A stretch of 63,609 nucleotides of DNA, the filler included, from Craspedostauros australis (Eukaryota), in NCBI GenBank assembly GCA_030167865.1. It is 11 parts of 11 records of this genome, joined end to end, with 100 filler letters (N's around TTAATTAATTAA, not from the genome) between each part and the next. Parts side by side here need not be neighbours in the genome. Positions count along the whole stretch, not along the records: positions 60,956 to 63,609 come from JALAGF010005043.1; 10 more parts are not named here. One strand, 5' to 3'. Made by a program: the position numbers and the translations under genes. Within the stretch, counting starts at the first letter, position 1. Each line of letters begins with the position of its first letter. Shown here in pieces: positions 63,367 through 63,609 of this stretch. The notes below the pieces were generated by a model, which ran no database searches, had not been told where the DNA came from, and saw only the letters and a list, made by a program, of their open reading frames with translations.

Positions 63367-63609
63367 ATGAAGGGATTCACAGGCGTCGAGATGGACTTCA
63401 TCAAGTTGTCNNNNNNNNNNNNNNNNNNNNNNNNNNCACTGCAAACGAAGCAGGTTGATGAGCTTCGAGCAGTGTTTCGTCGTCGTTTTGGTTGTTGCCC
63501 CTCAATATGCTCCATTCTTTGGGGTATGTGGACACCGCCCCCAAAATCAAATCACCCCAAGTACTTGTTGTGGGCACTGCGTTTCATGCGGAAGTACATG
63601 ACAGAAGAG
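63367..63609 (+). CDS. N-terminus of a second Harbinger-related transposase, runs off the window
   Basis: Not in the ORF track (no stop). MKGFTGVEMDFIKLS..VFRRRFGCCPSICSILW..PKYLLWALRFMRKYMTEE matches exon 1 of the transposase at 10982 (FRRTYGTS..AVW..NHMLGALVFLKQYSPWE). Confidence 0.75.
   Translation, partial: MKGFTGVEMDFIKLXXXXXXXXXXLQTKQVDELRAVFRRRFGCCPSICSILWGMWTPPPKSNHPKYLLWALRFMRKYMTEE

Overview
Eukaryotic DNA, most likely a diatom draft assembly or MAG, not a contiguous locus. Ten artificial N-TTAATTAATTAA-N linkers (3844, 7477, 9811, 12466, 15585, 21896, 24683, 29093, 59492, 60900) split it into 11 unrelated scaffolds, and many internal N gaps are flanked by duplicated sequence (assembly overlaps). 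The small scaffolds are mostly transposable elements: Ty1/Copia (CoDi-like) gag, pol and LTR pieces, an APE-RT-RNaseH non-LTR retrotransposon family, two PIF/Harbinger-related DDE transposases, and two minisatellites. Host genes are SPO11-2, a 5-exon type III metacaspase, a disordered hypothetical protein, a class 3 lipase, a UDP-sugar pyrophosphorylase ending in a CaaX box, a double-module LRR membrane protein, and a CIA30-like gene fragment truncated by a Copia element. The most interesting observations are (1) a Copia polyprotein with an extra, faster-diverging ~100-aa helical domain between the zinc knuckles and the protease, seen in two copies; (2) a head-to-head two-gene DDE transposon with an unrecognised partner protein; (3) the intronless LRR gene bracketed by inverted transposon-like ends; and (4) the potentially prenylated UDP-sugar pyrophosphorylase. 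All assignments come from motifs read by eye; no database searches were run.
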